A stretch of DNA of 64,000 nucleotides from Vicugna vicugna (lineage: Eukaryota): NCBI GenBank assembly GCA_013265495.1, contig MU059903.1, forward strand, positions 496,001 through 560,000, in the 5' to 3' direction. Both the position numbers and the translations under genes were made by a program. Under the pieces are notes generated by a model. The model did no database searches. It had not been told where the DNA came from and saw nothing but the letters and a program-made list of their open reading frames with translations. Of the stretch, positions 1-14,126 are shown in pieces; within the stretch, counting starts at the first letter, position 1; every line of letters starts with the position of its first letter.

Positions 1-14
1 CGCCGGCCACTTAC

Positions 15-216
15 CGCTGGACTTGACCTCGCGCACGTAGTTGCTGGGGAACCAGCCGGTCCTGCCGTTGTGCGTGCCCTCCCACCAGCCCCCCTCCTCC
101 ACTCGCGTGACGTGGATGACATCTCCTTTCGAGAAGGAGAGCTCGTCTTCATTCGTCTGCTGGAAGTTAAACTTGGCTCGTACTACCAGCTGACTGCTGC
201 TGTTATCCGTCATGTC
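15..216 (-). CDS. ARHGEF7: ARHGEF7 coding exon 5; 202 nt, [67 protein letters not shown] (SH3 domain). Contains the MTD start (ATG 213-211) of the short beta-PIX isoform
   Basis: Acceptor CCCCTCTCAG| at 217 and donor GCG|GTAAGT at 14. Canonical SH3 motifs ([15 protein letters not shown]). The gene continues beyond the window start. Confidence 0.97.
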
Positions 217-1539
217 CTGAGAGGGGGGAAGGGAGAACAGTCCGTGAAGGATGTACAGCCTAGTCGGTATGATCAGATTAGACTTTACTACTTCAAATGC
301 AGCATAGCTGCCCTGGTCACACAGCAGAGGAACAACTAGAGACATTCAGGTCCCCGCCTCCCGCCGGGCACCCTGACCACCCCCACCCCAACTCCAGTCC
401 CGGAAGAAACCCTCTTAATGGCTTGAGAGGTCTCATTCCTGCCACTGTTATGCCTACATAAATGCAGACACTTTCACGGACATTTACACAGAATTACATG
501 GTACACACTTCTCTGTAATTTGCAACAAGTTAAAATACTGTGATCTTTTTTTTTCAGCAGGACTTAATTACCTGAGTCTCAACTAACTGCATAGCGTTAC
601 ACTGTACGGCAGTGCAGAGTTAACCAATGAGGCTGGTCCTAATATTTTCTATTGCAAAACAAGGCTGCATTAGAACTGTCTGCACATCTGTCTTCGAACA
701 CAGCAGTAAATAAATCAAACTGTTAAATTCAGATCAGAGAACAAAGGTAACTCACATGAAGTTCACACTTATTCCTAAACTGCTCTCCAAAAAGGTCCTA
801 CAGGCCCACACCAAGCCTCATTCCCGCGAGCGGCATCTAAGAGTTCTCACTGCCTCAAATACTCACCAACACTGGATACGGCCAAACATTCAAATTTTTC
901 CTGAACTGACAGGTAAAAATGGTACTTCATTTTAATTTGCATCTTTCTCAGAGATTAAGCATAATTACAGAAAAGTAGGAAGAGAAAGGTAGACCGGCTA
1001 GAATTTTTTTTAACCTCCCTCCACCCCCGACTGGAACTGCCAACAAGAATCAACGAAAATCCCCAAGAAAAGCCTGCTCCCCTGGTCAGCGGGCAGGGAA
1101 GGGGCAGCAGGCAGGCTCACTCAACCGGTGACAACGGGTAAGCCGCTCATCCGGCACAGGGTGTCCAAGGGAACTGGGTCGGACGTGCTGTGCCCCATCA
1201 GGTGCCGGCGCTGCACCAGCACCAGGGACGTGGCAGGAATCCAGCGCCCACTCCCCAGGGGCAGCAGGCAGCACCCCCTGCCCATGCAGGGGAGAAGCAG
1301 GCCTGACATCGCCCCAATTCCCATCCAGAGGCGCTGTCAGGGCTCCAGCAGGAGCCCCAGTGACACCAGGTAAATGCGTCTGACCAGACAGCACTACAAG
1401 GAAACTAACCTGTCACTAGAACCACAGCCGCCCAACCCAGGCCAGCGCCGCTGCACAGAACAGTCAGGGCCACGGCTGCAGAGACATAGACTGAAGCAGG
1501 GCCCGGCTCCTCCTAACACCCTCTCCAAAGGGTTTAGGG

Positions 1540-2780
1540 CACAACCGAAAACATTCCTCGTCCCAGAACAAGGAAGACAAGAGCCTGACCGAGAAAGGAC
1601 CAGGGCACTGAGACCAAGACGAAGCTCTCTCAAAACAGACAACCCCAGAAATGAAACAGAACCTACAAAATGTACTCAAACTGACAGAGAGGAAAAACAT
1701 GATGAGAGCCCCCTGGGCTCATGGAAGTGACAAAGATCTAAGGCTGGGGCCATCGAAGTCCTGGAGGAGGAAGAGGCCAGAGCTGAAAAGGAGTGTAGAA
1801 ACAAGGCTGAAAAGTCCTCGATGCGACAAGAGACGCAAACATACAGTTAGGAAGCTGACTGGACCCCAAACAGGATAAGCCTAAAGAAGTCTGGACTAAG
1901 CCACATCACAATTAAACTGCAGAAGGGCCAGAAACTCTTAGTATTTGGATTTAAAAAGACATCTGAGGATATGCAGGGTCTGAAAAACCTCACCTCCCCT
2001 GCACCCTTCCTCAAGAAGTTAGTAAAAGACGTACTCCTCCAAAACAGATGAATTAACCAAGAAAAAATGAAGACATAAGGCGGCAGAGGAAGTCACTCAA
2101 GTCACAGGGAGCCTGCGGGGCTGATGAAGGCACAGGTGCAGCTGGCGCAGCCTGGTGGCGACCAGCCCGCCCTCAAGCGGGCCGGGAGACTCGAGGGGGG
2201 CTCCCTAGGAGGAGGCAACTGTGAAGTCCTAACACGTCTCAACGGCCAAGAAGAGACTCTTTCAAAAAAGGCAAAAGACTGGGCCTGCAATCTGCAAACA
2301 GTGCACAGAAAACTCGACAGGCAACAGAATGTCATCAGAAAAGAACAGTCCCAGACACACGGTGGCTCCGTGGTGAGTCTGGGTCATAACAATGTTGTAC
2401 CAACATCCACTCAACGAAGCCGGGCGGGGCTCAGCCACGGGGGCGGGGGGGCCCAGCTGCACTCAGCAGGTGAAGGCTGGGGCGTGGAAGAGCCCAGAGC
2501 CCCCTCTTTCCTGGGGGAAGTCCACAGTCATAACACGTCAAGTTAAATTTAAAAAGGAAAAAAAATCCAGCTTTACATAAGGTAGAGACACAAAGACGAT
2601 TACCTACAGAACCAACAGAAAAAAACGGGAAGTAGCCGACTCTGCTGACTCTTCCTGACAGCAGGTCTGGGAGGATCACCTGACTCTCAACCAGGTGCAC
2701 GTGTCACTGAACAGGGACAGAAACAGACAAGGCACACAGCGCCGAGCAGAACTTCTGCGAGAGAAGCTGACGGAGCTCTG
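1540..2780 (+). mobile_element. HAL1 / L1-ORF1-like remnant
   Basis: A-rich plus strand. ACCTCCCCTGCACCCTTCCTCAAGAAGTTAGTAAAAGACGTACTCCTCCAAAAC (about 1993-2045) resembles the recalled HAL1 consensus. Confidence 0.45.
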
Positions 2781-4323
2781 AGCACCTCATACACATCCAT
2801 CTGCTTAAACCTGAGTTTGCACATGCTCTGCTGTGAGTCATGAATGTTTAACAATTCACATCAATACATTACAGACTTATGTGAAGAACTGTACATGTAA
2901 CGCATACTTAATATTTAATACTGAGAATAGTCAGTAAAGAATCTCTCTGCAACACTTGGCCTGGATGCCGGGCTGACCGCCGTCCCCTCCCCCTCGGGTG
3001 GGACACACTCTCCCCCGTCTGGTCCGGAGGACGCGACTGGCTTAGAGGCCGCAAACTGCTGTCCCCATCTCCACCACACCATCCTCTCTGTGATGTATCC
3101 AGCTTTCGGTAAAACATGCGGCCACGAGCTGGTGCCAAAGTCCAGCAACAGAACACGACATACAACAACCAAACAGATGCGCAGCGCAGGCCTCTAGGGG
3201 TCAGGCCGGGCCACACGAGGGGATGCCACACAGGAGGTGCCCCACGTCCACCCCACTGTCATGGGTTAGGCCCACAGTGACACCTTCCTCCTTCAGAAAG
3301 GGACACTCCACAAAGGACAGGACAGGGAGGTGTCAGGGGTGGGGGCACAGAAGACAGGTGGCCAGTCCAGACCCTTCACTTCTGAATCCACAAACTCCCC
3401 ACTCGGGAGGCGTGCTCTGGAGGCGCTGTCGGAAGGCGGGTGAGAGGACACCCCACTGGGCTCCCGCTTCCTCACCCGGCCCCCTCCGCCCTGCCGTCTC
3501 GGGCAGCTGGAAAGGCTGTATCTCATCACTGGCTTACCTTCATGGGGTCCTCCTCCCCTTTTTAAAGCCTCCGGGAAACTCTAGCTGGTCACCATCTGGG
3601 CTCAACATGACCCTTCCCAACCGTCTAAACCACAGCAGGCCGATCAAGAGCGGCCGCCGTCCTCGCTGCGAGGAAAGGACAGGGACGCGGCTGGAGCAGC
3701 AGCCGCCACACAGGCAGCGCCCGCCAGCCCCGGCTCCACCTGGGAGTGTCCCCTGTCAACTCAGGCAGGCCAGGCTCGGCCTGCGCAGACGCTGCTCCTC
3801 ACTAAAGCTGAGACGGGAGGAAAGTGAAGGCAGAGAGGTGGCCCCGGGCAGGGAGCATAGCCCACGTCCTCTGGGAACAGGGACCCTAACGGCCTCTTTC
3901 TCACCCTACAAAGTGGCACCCATTAGTGTCCTGCACCTGCAACGTACTCACACTCCTTCCTGTCCAGTGTTCTGACACTGTCTTGATAATCCCAACCCGG
4001 GGTGTCTCAGAGTGCTGCCCTCACACACTCCACCTCTCCTCTAGTCCCAAAAAGGGCTTATACTCGCATTTGCAGAACCAGGGAAACATTTTAAAGTACC
4101 CATCGCTCCAGATAAACAGACGTATATATCTTAGACTGTAACTCCCCAAATACACCAATTTCTCAGGAGCTGTCCTTAAGCGGGGCATGTGGAGAACATG
4201 AGTGAAGGCAGCAGGGCCACAGCGCCCTCTGCCGGCGACCCTCCACGGGTCCGAGTGCCCAGCACACAGGTCTGCACACGCTTGTGTCCCACACTCCGCT
4301 CTCAGCAGCAGGCTCTCGCTTAC

Positions 4324-4454
4324 CAAGCTCCGGTACTGGCCCTGGAACAATTTTGAAGTCCGGCAGTGCGAAGGCTGGGATCCCAGGGAGTCGAAGGACT
4401 TTATCCGGTGAGATGAGGGCCGGGCACACACGGAGTCACTTCCCAGGCCAATGT
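4324..4454 (-). CDS. ARHGEF7: ARHGEF7 coding exon 4; 131 nt, (D)IGLGSDSVCARPSSHRIKSFDSLGSQPSHCRTSKLFQGQYRSL
   Basis: Acceptor TTTGCAG| at 4455 and donor TTG|GTAAGC at 4323. Phase 1 in, phase 0 out. The peptide is visible inside ORF 4021..4641(-). Confidence 0.96.
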
Positions 4455-7111
4455 CTGCAAAGGCGACAGAGGGAAGAGAGCGAGCTGAGCGCCTGACCCC
4501 CGCACCCTCACCGCACAAGGGCCCCGCATCCCATCCCGGCAGGGGAGCGGGAGCAGGTGCCATCCTGCACCCACTCAGGCACCGGCCCAGAAAGTAACCA
4601 GACGTGACTACGCACCTGTTCTTCTTCAGGGTAAGTTTCAAGTTTGTAAAGTGTTTGTAACCATTTTTAATACTTTCCCTTCACCTTGAGAAAGTAAGCC
4701 TCTCACACGCAACTGCTTAGCAGAGCACCACCCGGGACTCACCCCACCGCACGCGCACCCTCCGGGATTATACCTCAGACAACAAGCGGTGAGTGTGATT
4801 GTGCAAGAAAGGAAAAGACTGTCTTACTGAGAACAAACAGAAACCCCCTAGCATCCTCTGGCCAGAGAGGCCCTTCTGAGGAGGATCTCCTCGGCTGGGA
4901 GGCAACTACGCTTTCTTCCCCTCGCAAAGTGGCTGAGGGGACCAGCCCAGGTGGTACTAGGGGCTCAGCTCTCTCAGGAGTCCCTTCAGGACTGCACTCC
5001 CCACTCAGGCCAACCAGCACGACAATGTTAGCAACCCACTTTGCAGAAGTGACGCGAGACCTCAAAAAAGTTTTCCAGGGAAACCACTGCTGTGAGATGC
5101 ACGAGGTTTAGAAAGCTCCTGCAGCTACACAGGGGCTTCCCCCTCCTCCCCCCGCTAAAACACCCTGCAACTGCTGGTCACCAGGTCCTATCTTTCCAGC
5201 AGATGCTTGGATTGGCTTAAGTGGTGTCTCATAAAACTCCAACTTAGTTACCAACAACTGCAAGTGTGAGGCCTTTACAGGGAAACCTAGGTTTCTAGCT
5301 GTCCCTCAAGCATGTAGGCTGGGGCACCACTGGGTCTGAGTCCCTGGACCGGCGGCCCAGTGCTGCGCAGGGTCACCCCCTGTTTGCCCCCCTCCTCCAG
5401 ACTGCCTGCCGGGCCCACAGGCCCTGGAGTCTGGGAGCCCTGCCCTAAAAACCACTCTGACATCTCAGTCTTGAGTCTGTACCTTCAAAGGGTCCCTATG
5501 ATTCTCAGGTCCCGCTCAGGGCTGGCAGTAATGCCACAGAGTGCTAGTGCTCCCTACAGAGGCCTGGGCAATCCCAAGCACAAACCAGCTCCCAGAGGGC
5601 ATTTTGTGAAGACGCTGCCCCAGTGGCTGCCCGCCCGCCGTACCCAGGGGACACTTAACACGGGGGAGGTCTCTCCAGGACACCTCTTACTTCCCCAGCA
5701 CCAATCTTCTTTCTGTCTCCGCACACCAGGAGAACACACATGGTTTTCTTTAAGTGCCAGAGCAGAGGGAAGGTGACGACAGGCTTTTCTCAAGAAGGCT
5801 GCCAACGACCGTGGAAGCAGCAGGCGCACCTGTCTTATACCTGAGTCAGCCACGTAAAGCTGAGGTCTAATAAAGATACAGTCATCTCCATCGCACTGAC
5901 TTCAAAAACAAAAATTAAGAGCCAGCAAACACAAAGGCAAAAACTTCTTTCCGTCTGAGAAGGCTGTCATTTTGTCTGAAGAGAAAAGTACCAAGTTTAT
6001 TTCAGAACCCCCGACAGGTCTTTGCACAGAACAGCGCTCCCCGTTCCACAGCCAGTGTGCATGCGATGCTGTCAAGAACACAGGAGAAACACCTCCATGT
6101 TAGGGGGTAAGAGCCACAGGAACAGGCACCCAGAGACGCGGCTCCCAGCCTTCACGTCCCCACTACTGACGTGTCACCTGCGGCCGCACCCTGACAGCCC
6201 TCCCAGCAGACAAATGGCGGGAGGGTCACTGCAGATGGTCCCGTGGCCCCGAGTGTCGTGGCTCTATTCCCTCCACACAGAGAGGTGAGTGCACCCATCT
6301 GAAGGGCCATGGTGTAAAACTAGGAGGGACCCCCTACAAGACAAACACAAGTTTCCTGATCAGGAGACTGTCAAGGTCCAACTCCCCCCATAAACCTGAA
6401 ACTACAATCTGTAAAGGTAAATGGGAAAGCAAAGATGACTTTGAAACAAAAGAGCCACCAAGTCCTTCTGGACTCACACACTCTCCAGACCCAGTTTCTC
6501 CAGCCCGCAGCCAGTGTGGCCTCCCTGGGAGCATGTGCACAGACCCTGCTGTCCTCACCGCGGTCTGGGAGCCCACCAGAGGGCCGGCGCCCCCTCCTCC
6601 ACTCACCCTCTCCACTGAGAGTGACGGGCCCAGAACCTGCAGACCACACAGCCCAGGTGCCCTGTCGCCCACAGGAAACCTGGCCCAGGCAGGAGTTAAC
6701 TGTAGAGGCCAAAAAACTGGCCACACCTCAAAAACAGTCACTAGATCTGCTGACCAGATATGCTTCAATCAGCATTAACTTAATAAAAATCCAGAGCAAG
6801 GAGCTTCTAGGTCCAGGGCAGCCCATGAGAACGCCCACGTGGACAAGGCCTTCCTCCTCTGCTCTACTTGCAGGCAGAAAGTCTCCGCCCACAGGAAGGA
6901 AAACAGTCGATACCTACTTGGTATCTACCAGGACCTACAGAGGAAGACTAACAAGGAATAAATAATAAGAATACCACTGCAGCAGAAGAGACAGCCTAAC
7001 ATTAATGCAGTCCTTTTCCATTCAAGGACGCTCATTCTACCTCCTAACAGGAAAGCAAGTCTTTGCCCTTCAGTGGTCCCCTCCCGTCCAATTCAGTAAA
7101 AAGAGACTTAC

Positions 7112-7196
7112 CTGCTGTTACTTTATTTAGAGTCACCAAGGAGCTGAGGACCTTGTTGAAATTCTGCCCCTGATACAAGTCGTTCGCATCAAACGT
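7112..7196 (-). CDS. ARHGEF7: ARHGEF7 coding exon 3; 85 nt, TFDANDLYQGQNFNKVLSSLVTLNKVTA (end of CH domain)
   Basis: Pyrimidine-rich acceptor (CTTTTCCCTTTCAG|) and donor CAG|GTAAGT at 7111. Phase 0 in, phase 1 out. Recognised sequence. Confidence 0.96.
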
Positions 7197-10100
7197 CTGA
7201 AAGGGAAAAGTGGACAAGCAGGATTAGCAGAGCCCCGTGAGGGGCAGGGGAGCCGGCGCCCCCGCAGCAGCAGCGAGGGGATTTGCAGGCCGAGTAGGGG
7301 AGACCCTCGGGGCGCGGCACACCTGGGAGCCCGGCCTACGTGGGACAGGACGCCAGACCAGGCTCCTTCGTGGGGCCCTTTGATCCCGGGCCTGAGCCCA
7401 GTTTCCTAGCCACCTGCTCCTCACCCTGTGCCCACCACCACCCCCAGCCACAACCTGGGCGCTGCTGGTGCCCAGCAAAGCCTCCCTCCTTAGACTGAGG
7501 CCGAGGCCACAGGGCAGGCCTGCTGAGACCTCCTCTCCTCTCACAGCCGAGGCCAGGGCCAGCAACAGGAAGGGGAAGCGCAGACATCAGGGCACACGCT
7601 CAAGCAGAAGGAGGGGAAGGGCTCTAGGAGCAGGGCGGCAGTTCTGGGGGGACACCTCCATCCTCAGGGCAGAGAACTGAAGCCAGACCAGGACTGCCTG
7701 ATCTGCATCTCCCACAATCTCAGCAACCAAGGGACAGGGGACATGACCAAGTCAGCCCCTGCCCACCGCCGGCCCTCCCCGCCCACCCCCAACCCCAGGA
7801 GCCGAACGAGATGCGCACCCAGCCTTGCAAAGCCAGTGCGGCCAGTGCACAACACATGTGCAAACACATCTCACTCCCAAACACCGACCACATACAGCTC
7901 TAAGCCCTGAACAAGCACCCCCAAACTCAGCATCAGATCACCCACAGCTCTGTGCCACACAAGTTATGGAAAATTCTTTCAAAGACGCGATTAACAGAAA
8001 GGTGTGTTTAGGTGACAAAACGTGAACTGTGTTAACATACGTCAAAGGTTCTGGCACAGGAACAAAAAGGAACTAAGTCATCCCAGGAGTGACTTCCTCT
8101 CTGGTCGCCCGCCGCCTCTCCTTCAACAGCAGCCCCTCCACCCCACATCCTGCCAGGAGCCCCACTTCTCTGCTTCCTGCCCCCCACCCTTCTCATCTGA
8201 CTGCGCCAGCCCCATGTCCCCCTAGGCTCGGCAGGGCCCAGCCAAGCCCCCAGCACACCAATCGCGACAACTTTACATCCCATGGGCACACGCCACCCTC
8301 GACTGAAATCTGTAAAAGCTGACCTCACAGCACATGACATCCAGCAAGTGGCCGGTACAAGGTAACAGTGCAAATGTTTGCTGAACAGGTAAATAACACA
8401 CCCACCCACCCACCAGCCACCCTGTGGTGCTGAACGTCCCTGAGAGGACAGTCACACAAAGAACAGCTACGAGGAGCCATCCCGGAGCTGAACAATGATT
8501 GCTGTCTTCCCAGAAGTCTCCAGGTAATAGTCTTCCGTCTTAACTTCCCAGATGAGTGAAAATCATCACCACATATGTTACTTAAACATGAACAAAAGAA
8601 AGTCCAGAAGTTGAAAAACCACCTCTAGGATGGAGGCCATGGGAGCCGAGCCGAGACAGCGTCCAGCACAGAGAAGGGAGAGAACCGGCTGGAGCCACAG
8701 CACAGACACCCGAGCGCCACAGCACATCGCGGGCGCACCTCATCTGGATGAAGCAAACCACAGCTCAGGTCACGACGCCAGACCCTGCCTGTAAGAGTAA
8801 GGAACCCTCAGGACAGTCTTTAGGATCACCCTGTAACACAGCTTGACGCATCTGCTCTGGTATCTGTTATTTTAAAAGAAATTCCAAGTCAAACGGGAGC
8901 GTTCATTGTCTAGGCTGACGTACCATCTACGTTTTTCAGTGGGTTGGCTGCAACTTTTATTAAAAGTATTACCCTGCATAGGCCTCAGCTCCCTTCTGTA
9001 AAATGCGGGAGCAGGTGATCTGTACACCTCCCAGCCCTCAAGCTCTAACTCGAGAGCTTGGAAAATTCACATCGTAGTACTGTGCAAAAAGAAACATACA
9101 GAAAGACACCGACTAACCTTCATTGTGGCGAGGCAGAGAGGCACAAAACCCAGAAAAACAGGATGCCGAGAACTGAAGTTTCCTGTTATTCCAGAACTAT
9201 ATATCTTTCTTACACGGATACCAGGAAGTGTCTGGTTGGCGGAGACGGTCCACCAATGGGCTCCAACGTGACGTCAGACCAAAGTGAGTTCACACACACG
9301 CCACCTTCCTAACAGGAAACTACACAATGAGATGAGGTGAACGCTTGTCACTGAGAGGAAAAGACACATATTCTAAGTCAATAAAGTGTTTTAACTGAAG
9401 TTCTTCTCTAGAGAAAGGTAACAGGCTATTTCTTGAAAAAGGAAGCTATTCGACACAAAGCAAAACCAGAAGAATCTTCGCATACAGAGAAAGCCTGCGC
9501 TCCGGGAGTAAGAGGAAATTCTCACCAACAGGCACATACCCGGGGGTCCCAGGGCCACAGCCTGCCCTGCGGGGGCTGCCTGCGCTGAGGGCTAGGCTGC
9601 AAGGGGGCGGAGCCAGGTGCTGCTCCTACGTCCCCCTTCAGGTGGTTCTCAGGAGGGGCTGCAGTCAGGGCCTCCCAGGACATCAGGAACCAAGACGTTC
9701 AAGACACAGAACAGACCAACTGAATGCGAATTGCTGAGGAAGGGGCCCCAGATGAGAATGGGACGCTCACCAGGTGATTCCGGGCAGCCCAGGGTGAGGT
9801 GGGGAGAGGAGGAAGGGTCACAACCCTCTCCCCGTGCAGTGAGGAGGGGACACAACACCCCACAGATCCTAGAACCGATCCAGTCAGAAGTGTACGACCG
9901 AATACTCACCGTCACTTTTGCACTTCAGTGAAATAAGGTGCAGCAGAATAACCCAAGAGTCTCAAAACAAGCCTACTGGTTTTCCACAGAAAAACAAACC
10001 TCATAATATTAGACTCAGTAGCTACAGGTTTTTAAATATTTCACTTTCGGCAGAAACAACAATACATAATGAAATACAACCAACAGGAAACCAGGATGGA

Positions 10101-11394
10101 AGAGACCCAGGGTATTCAAGGTGAGACATGAAATACTTGGAGAGTCTCTACCGTGGCCCACAAGGGGAGAGGCTGGGCTGGGAAGGAGGCAGGCGGTCCT
10201 TCTGACCTGAAGCCTCCCCCTGCCCTCCCCCAGTGGCCAGGGCCTTACGCTACTTACTGAAGCCCTGGGGGCCTCCGGGGTCCCGTCCTTAAATGGGAAC
10301 GAGGAGCAGGAAAGACTCGGAGGATGATGCAGGTGATGACATGAAGCAGCAACGGGCAAAGCCTCGCCAGTGACTGAGATCAAACTCTCAGTTCTGCACC
10401 GAGAACCCCGAGGCCTCCTGCGAAAGCTGGCCCACCCGCGACTACGTTCTGCCAAGGGAAACGCCTGTTTAACAAAATGCAAACAACCACAAAACAAAAT
10501 CAGCTTCACGCATGGCTGGGTGCTCAGGACCAGAGAACACTTGAGAGACGGTGCAGAGAACGGGCTGCACGCCCACACACGCGGGCGCCCACCTCCACGG
10601 ACAACACCGCCGCCCCAGGTCGCACTCCAGCGGGAGCCCCCTCCTCCGGCGCTGAGGCTCCCATGCTGGAAGCCGCTGCTCCTGACACAGACCCTGAGCC
10701 GCGCTCACCTTTTAGCACCCCGAGCCTGTGAGGGGGAACGCGCACACTGCCAGCCTGCACTCGGTCTGCTCCCCGCTGTACCTGCCGCCATCCCCGAACG
10801 CCACCCGGGTCAGGAGCAACTGTCACCCTGCGCTATCTGCAGACACAGAGCCATCCAAGGCCTTCTCACTGTTAAGTCTGAGAGAGGGGATCACAGCCAT
10901 TGTTGACACAGCATACAATCACAGATCCACCCGGGGCCAGCCTGCAAAAGTGGGTGGCGGGGCACCATCAAGGGCAGTGCCTGAGGAGGGCAGCGCTGCC
11001 CCGAGGACCACCTGTGCCCTTCCCACAGGACATCCTCAACGGGGGAGACGATCTCCTGGCAATGGGAGGGAAAGAAAATTAAACCTGAGGCTCTCTGTCC
11101 AGGGGTCCCACTGATCCCATTTGGAAGGGGCTTCTAGGAATCTGCCTACATAGCTGGGAACCACCCATCAGAGGTTCCCAGCCTGGCCTTCCTCCCCATC
11201 TGTTCTGCAGGGCCCAGAGAAACCAGGTCCTGAGAGCACCCAGCACCCTGACCACTGACCCCCAGGAAATAGTGCCCGTGACATCACTAGGAGGGCTAAA
11301 CCTGTCAAATACCCAGAACCTGGCCCAAACTCAACCTCCCAGCCTTAACTTTTGCTAGTCCCCTAGAGATATCCTGTTTTGACATATTCCTTAC

Positions 11395-11463
11395 CTATAT
11401 TTAATATCACATTTAGTGTCAGGTTTAGTTACTGAACTAACACCTGAAAAAAGGAGGGCTCAC
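11395..11463 (-). other. Candidate 49-nt (11395-11443) or 69-nt (11395-11463) stop-containing cassette/RS exon
   Basis: Two acceptors 20 nt apart and a shared donor TAG|GTAAGG, in an AT-rich island within a GC-rich intron. Predicted from sequence only. Confidence 0.3.
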
Positions 11464-12411
11464 CTGTACATGAGGAAGACAAGGCTGTCTGTCACATGTC
11501 AACTGTCACCAGCACCCCTCTTGGCAGGGCAATGCCATCAGGGTGACTTCATGTGCACATGGAGGAGCTCCCAAATGTGCAAGCTCTAGCCAGACAGAGG
11601 ACGACTATGTTTTAGCAGAAAGAGCCACCATGGTTTTCAGGAAAGCATTAACTGCTAATTTGGTAAAATAAGGAGGTTTCGAAGGCACAAGACAAGAACA
11701 GATGCTGATCTACCCAGAATGTTCACTCTCATTATGCTGGTTTCCAACCTCCCTTGTCTAACTCCAAGACACTGCGACCTCCACTGCGACCCTGGGAGAG
11801 GGTGTGGGCCCCCACCCACTGCCACGCCTTCCCGCAGGTTCTGGCCAGTGAGGCGTGCGCACAAGGCACCAGATGCCGGAGGATGCTGCAGGCCAGCCCC
11901 CAGCAGGAGCTTTAGGGACCCCCGAGTGTTCAGCCTGCCTCCCAGTCTTCTCCTTTAAATGAGAACAGCAAGGCCCGAACTGGAGCTGCTCCATCAGCCT
12001 GGATCCCAGAATACAGAGCACAGAGCAGAGCGACCCCACATCCGCAGCTAACACATGATGGCAGGGTAGACCTCGGTGCCATCAGCCCCGGAGACGTGGG
12101 GGGTGACCGGCCAACGGCATCTCTGGCATCTCTAGCACAAGCTGGCAGCACACCACGCCCACCCTGCCCCAGCAGAACTGGGCCTGAAGGGCAGACCACA
12201 GCTCCAGAAAAACAAAGACACTGCCAAGACAAGACACCAGCGTCTTCGTGCTCGCCCACAAAGAGCGCCTTCTCTCTCGGAAGACTCCCTCCCCTCTTGC
12301 CATCGGCCAGCGCCCTTCGCCCGGCCGGGTGCCCCAGAGCAAGGAGGGCAGGCGGGGCCGGGAGCCACTTCCGACCCCTCGGCTCCTGCACCGCCCACCA
12401 CATCCCCACAA

Positions 12412-12445
12412 CAGAGCCCAGAGGCCCAGAGGCCCAGAGGCCCAG
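12412..12445. repeat. Short tandem repeat (AGAGGCCC)x3 plus a partial unit
   Basis: Direct reading. Confidence 0.85.
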
Positions 12446-14126
12446 CCGCCAACAGTCTGCGCAGCGGGAGTTCAGAGAAGCCTGGCTGGGGGCTGTGACT
12501 CAGGTCTCCCACAGGGCGGCCATCAGGAACTCGCTGCCAGCCTGAAGGCCCCGGGCTGAGGACCTGTTGGGACAGTTTGCCCACCGGCTATGGCGGGAAG
12601 CCTGACACTTGTGTCCGCACAGCACGGCTGACCAGGACTGGTTTGCACAACCAGCAAGTTAAGAAGGGCAAGAACCACACGCACAGACTCAGAGGCTCCA
12701 GGCCATCCCCCGACCCTGCTTTCCTCAGTGTGGGCCGCAGCCTCAGGACTGCCCTTCCTCATGGGGCCACAGAACTGCCGGCAGCCCCGGAGCTCAGCCA
12801 ACAAGACCATCCCCTCAGCTGCACCTGCCAGCCCCGCTCGAGTCCCAGCCACACAGCAAGGGACAGAGCAACAAGGGACTGCACCCGCCCCAGGCGACAC
12901 AAGACCGGCGCCTTCTAGCAAACCTGTGCCCGCGTGTGACTCCCAGTGCAAAGTGGGGGGCCACGCAGCACCAGGACCAACCAGAGCAGCCCGACGGACT
13001 CCATCAGGGATGGCACAGCAGGGGGCTCTGCCACCACAGCCGCTTGCACACATCCTCTCCCCACTCACGGCAACCTGGCTGCACGGACCCCCGGACATCA
13101 CCAGCCACAGCACCTGACCCACCTCACCTCCCCGACACAGGAGCAAAAGTAGATGGCTCACACCTGAATGACATCACCAACGATGACACTCCGTGATGCA
13201 CCCAAGGACAAAATGCCCCGCAACGTGGAGAAGTCTTTCCACCGCCTCGGCACTAACAGAGAGACCCCCACAACCAAGGCCGGCAAAGCACCTTCTCAAC
13301 TTACGCAGCCTTCATACTCCAAGTGCAACCAGCCAGGTCAGCTCCTCCACTGAGTTTATGAGGAAGCTATTTTTGACACAAGAAATCATTACTTTTAGCA
13401 CAGTTCTGGAGTGTGGTTCTTGAAGTTTAAAAATACAATCTCGTCCTATCACACTGTCAAATGGAATTCGTGATTTCAGAACAAGATGAATCTTAAATAA
13501 GTTGTGCTCTTTAAGTTTAATGCAAATGGTCCATATTGTTGGAACTATGTGAAGAACAGAGCTCCAGCGGGGAATTTTTGCCTCCTTGGCTTCTGTGGAT
13601 TTTGTATTTCATTCCACCTACACCTACACCCTAGAGATAAAATTAAAGTCTGACGCTGGATTCTGTCAGGACACAGCCTTTCACCCAACGTGCTCCCAGT
13701 TTCTTTCAGTTTAAAATGACAATGAAATCATTTTGTGGATGCCCCTGTAATCAACACCCAAAACCCCAGGACAGGGACCACCTGTACAACAATATTTTAA
13801 GTGGTTCCCAAGAAGGCTGAGGGGGAGGGAGAACGAAGCTCTGAGAAGTAAGGCAAGACGGCTGACGCAGCCAAAAGGCTGCTGAGTCTCCGTCCTCCAC
13901 AAAGCAGCAGCCATCCGAACAGAGTCCGCCAGGAAGCGGAGGCCGGCCAGGCCGGGGAGAGGAGGGACGAAGCGTCCAAGAGGCACGAGGTGCCAGGCTG
14001 CAGGTCTCATGCCAATCCTATTTCACAAAGGGGAAAACGAGGCTCCAAGATGGCGTAACAGAGGTTCCAGAGGACAGCAAAGAACTGAACCCAGTGAGTC
14101 ACTGCTGCTCCCCTCCCTACCCCCAC

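Noticed and set aside
3538-3807. 270-nt pseudo-exon in intron 4 (strong acceptor at 3808, GTAAGC donor at 3537)
   Set aside because: Stop at codon 2, GC-rich unremarkable content, and no other supporting structure. Indistinguishable from a chance pseudo-exon.
3223-3975. 250-aa ORF and similar long ORFs (12523..13161, 20534..21190, 55787..56392)
   Set aside because: No recognisable homology. GC-rich intronic or promoter shadow ORFs.
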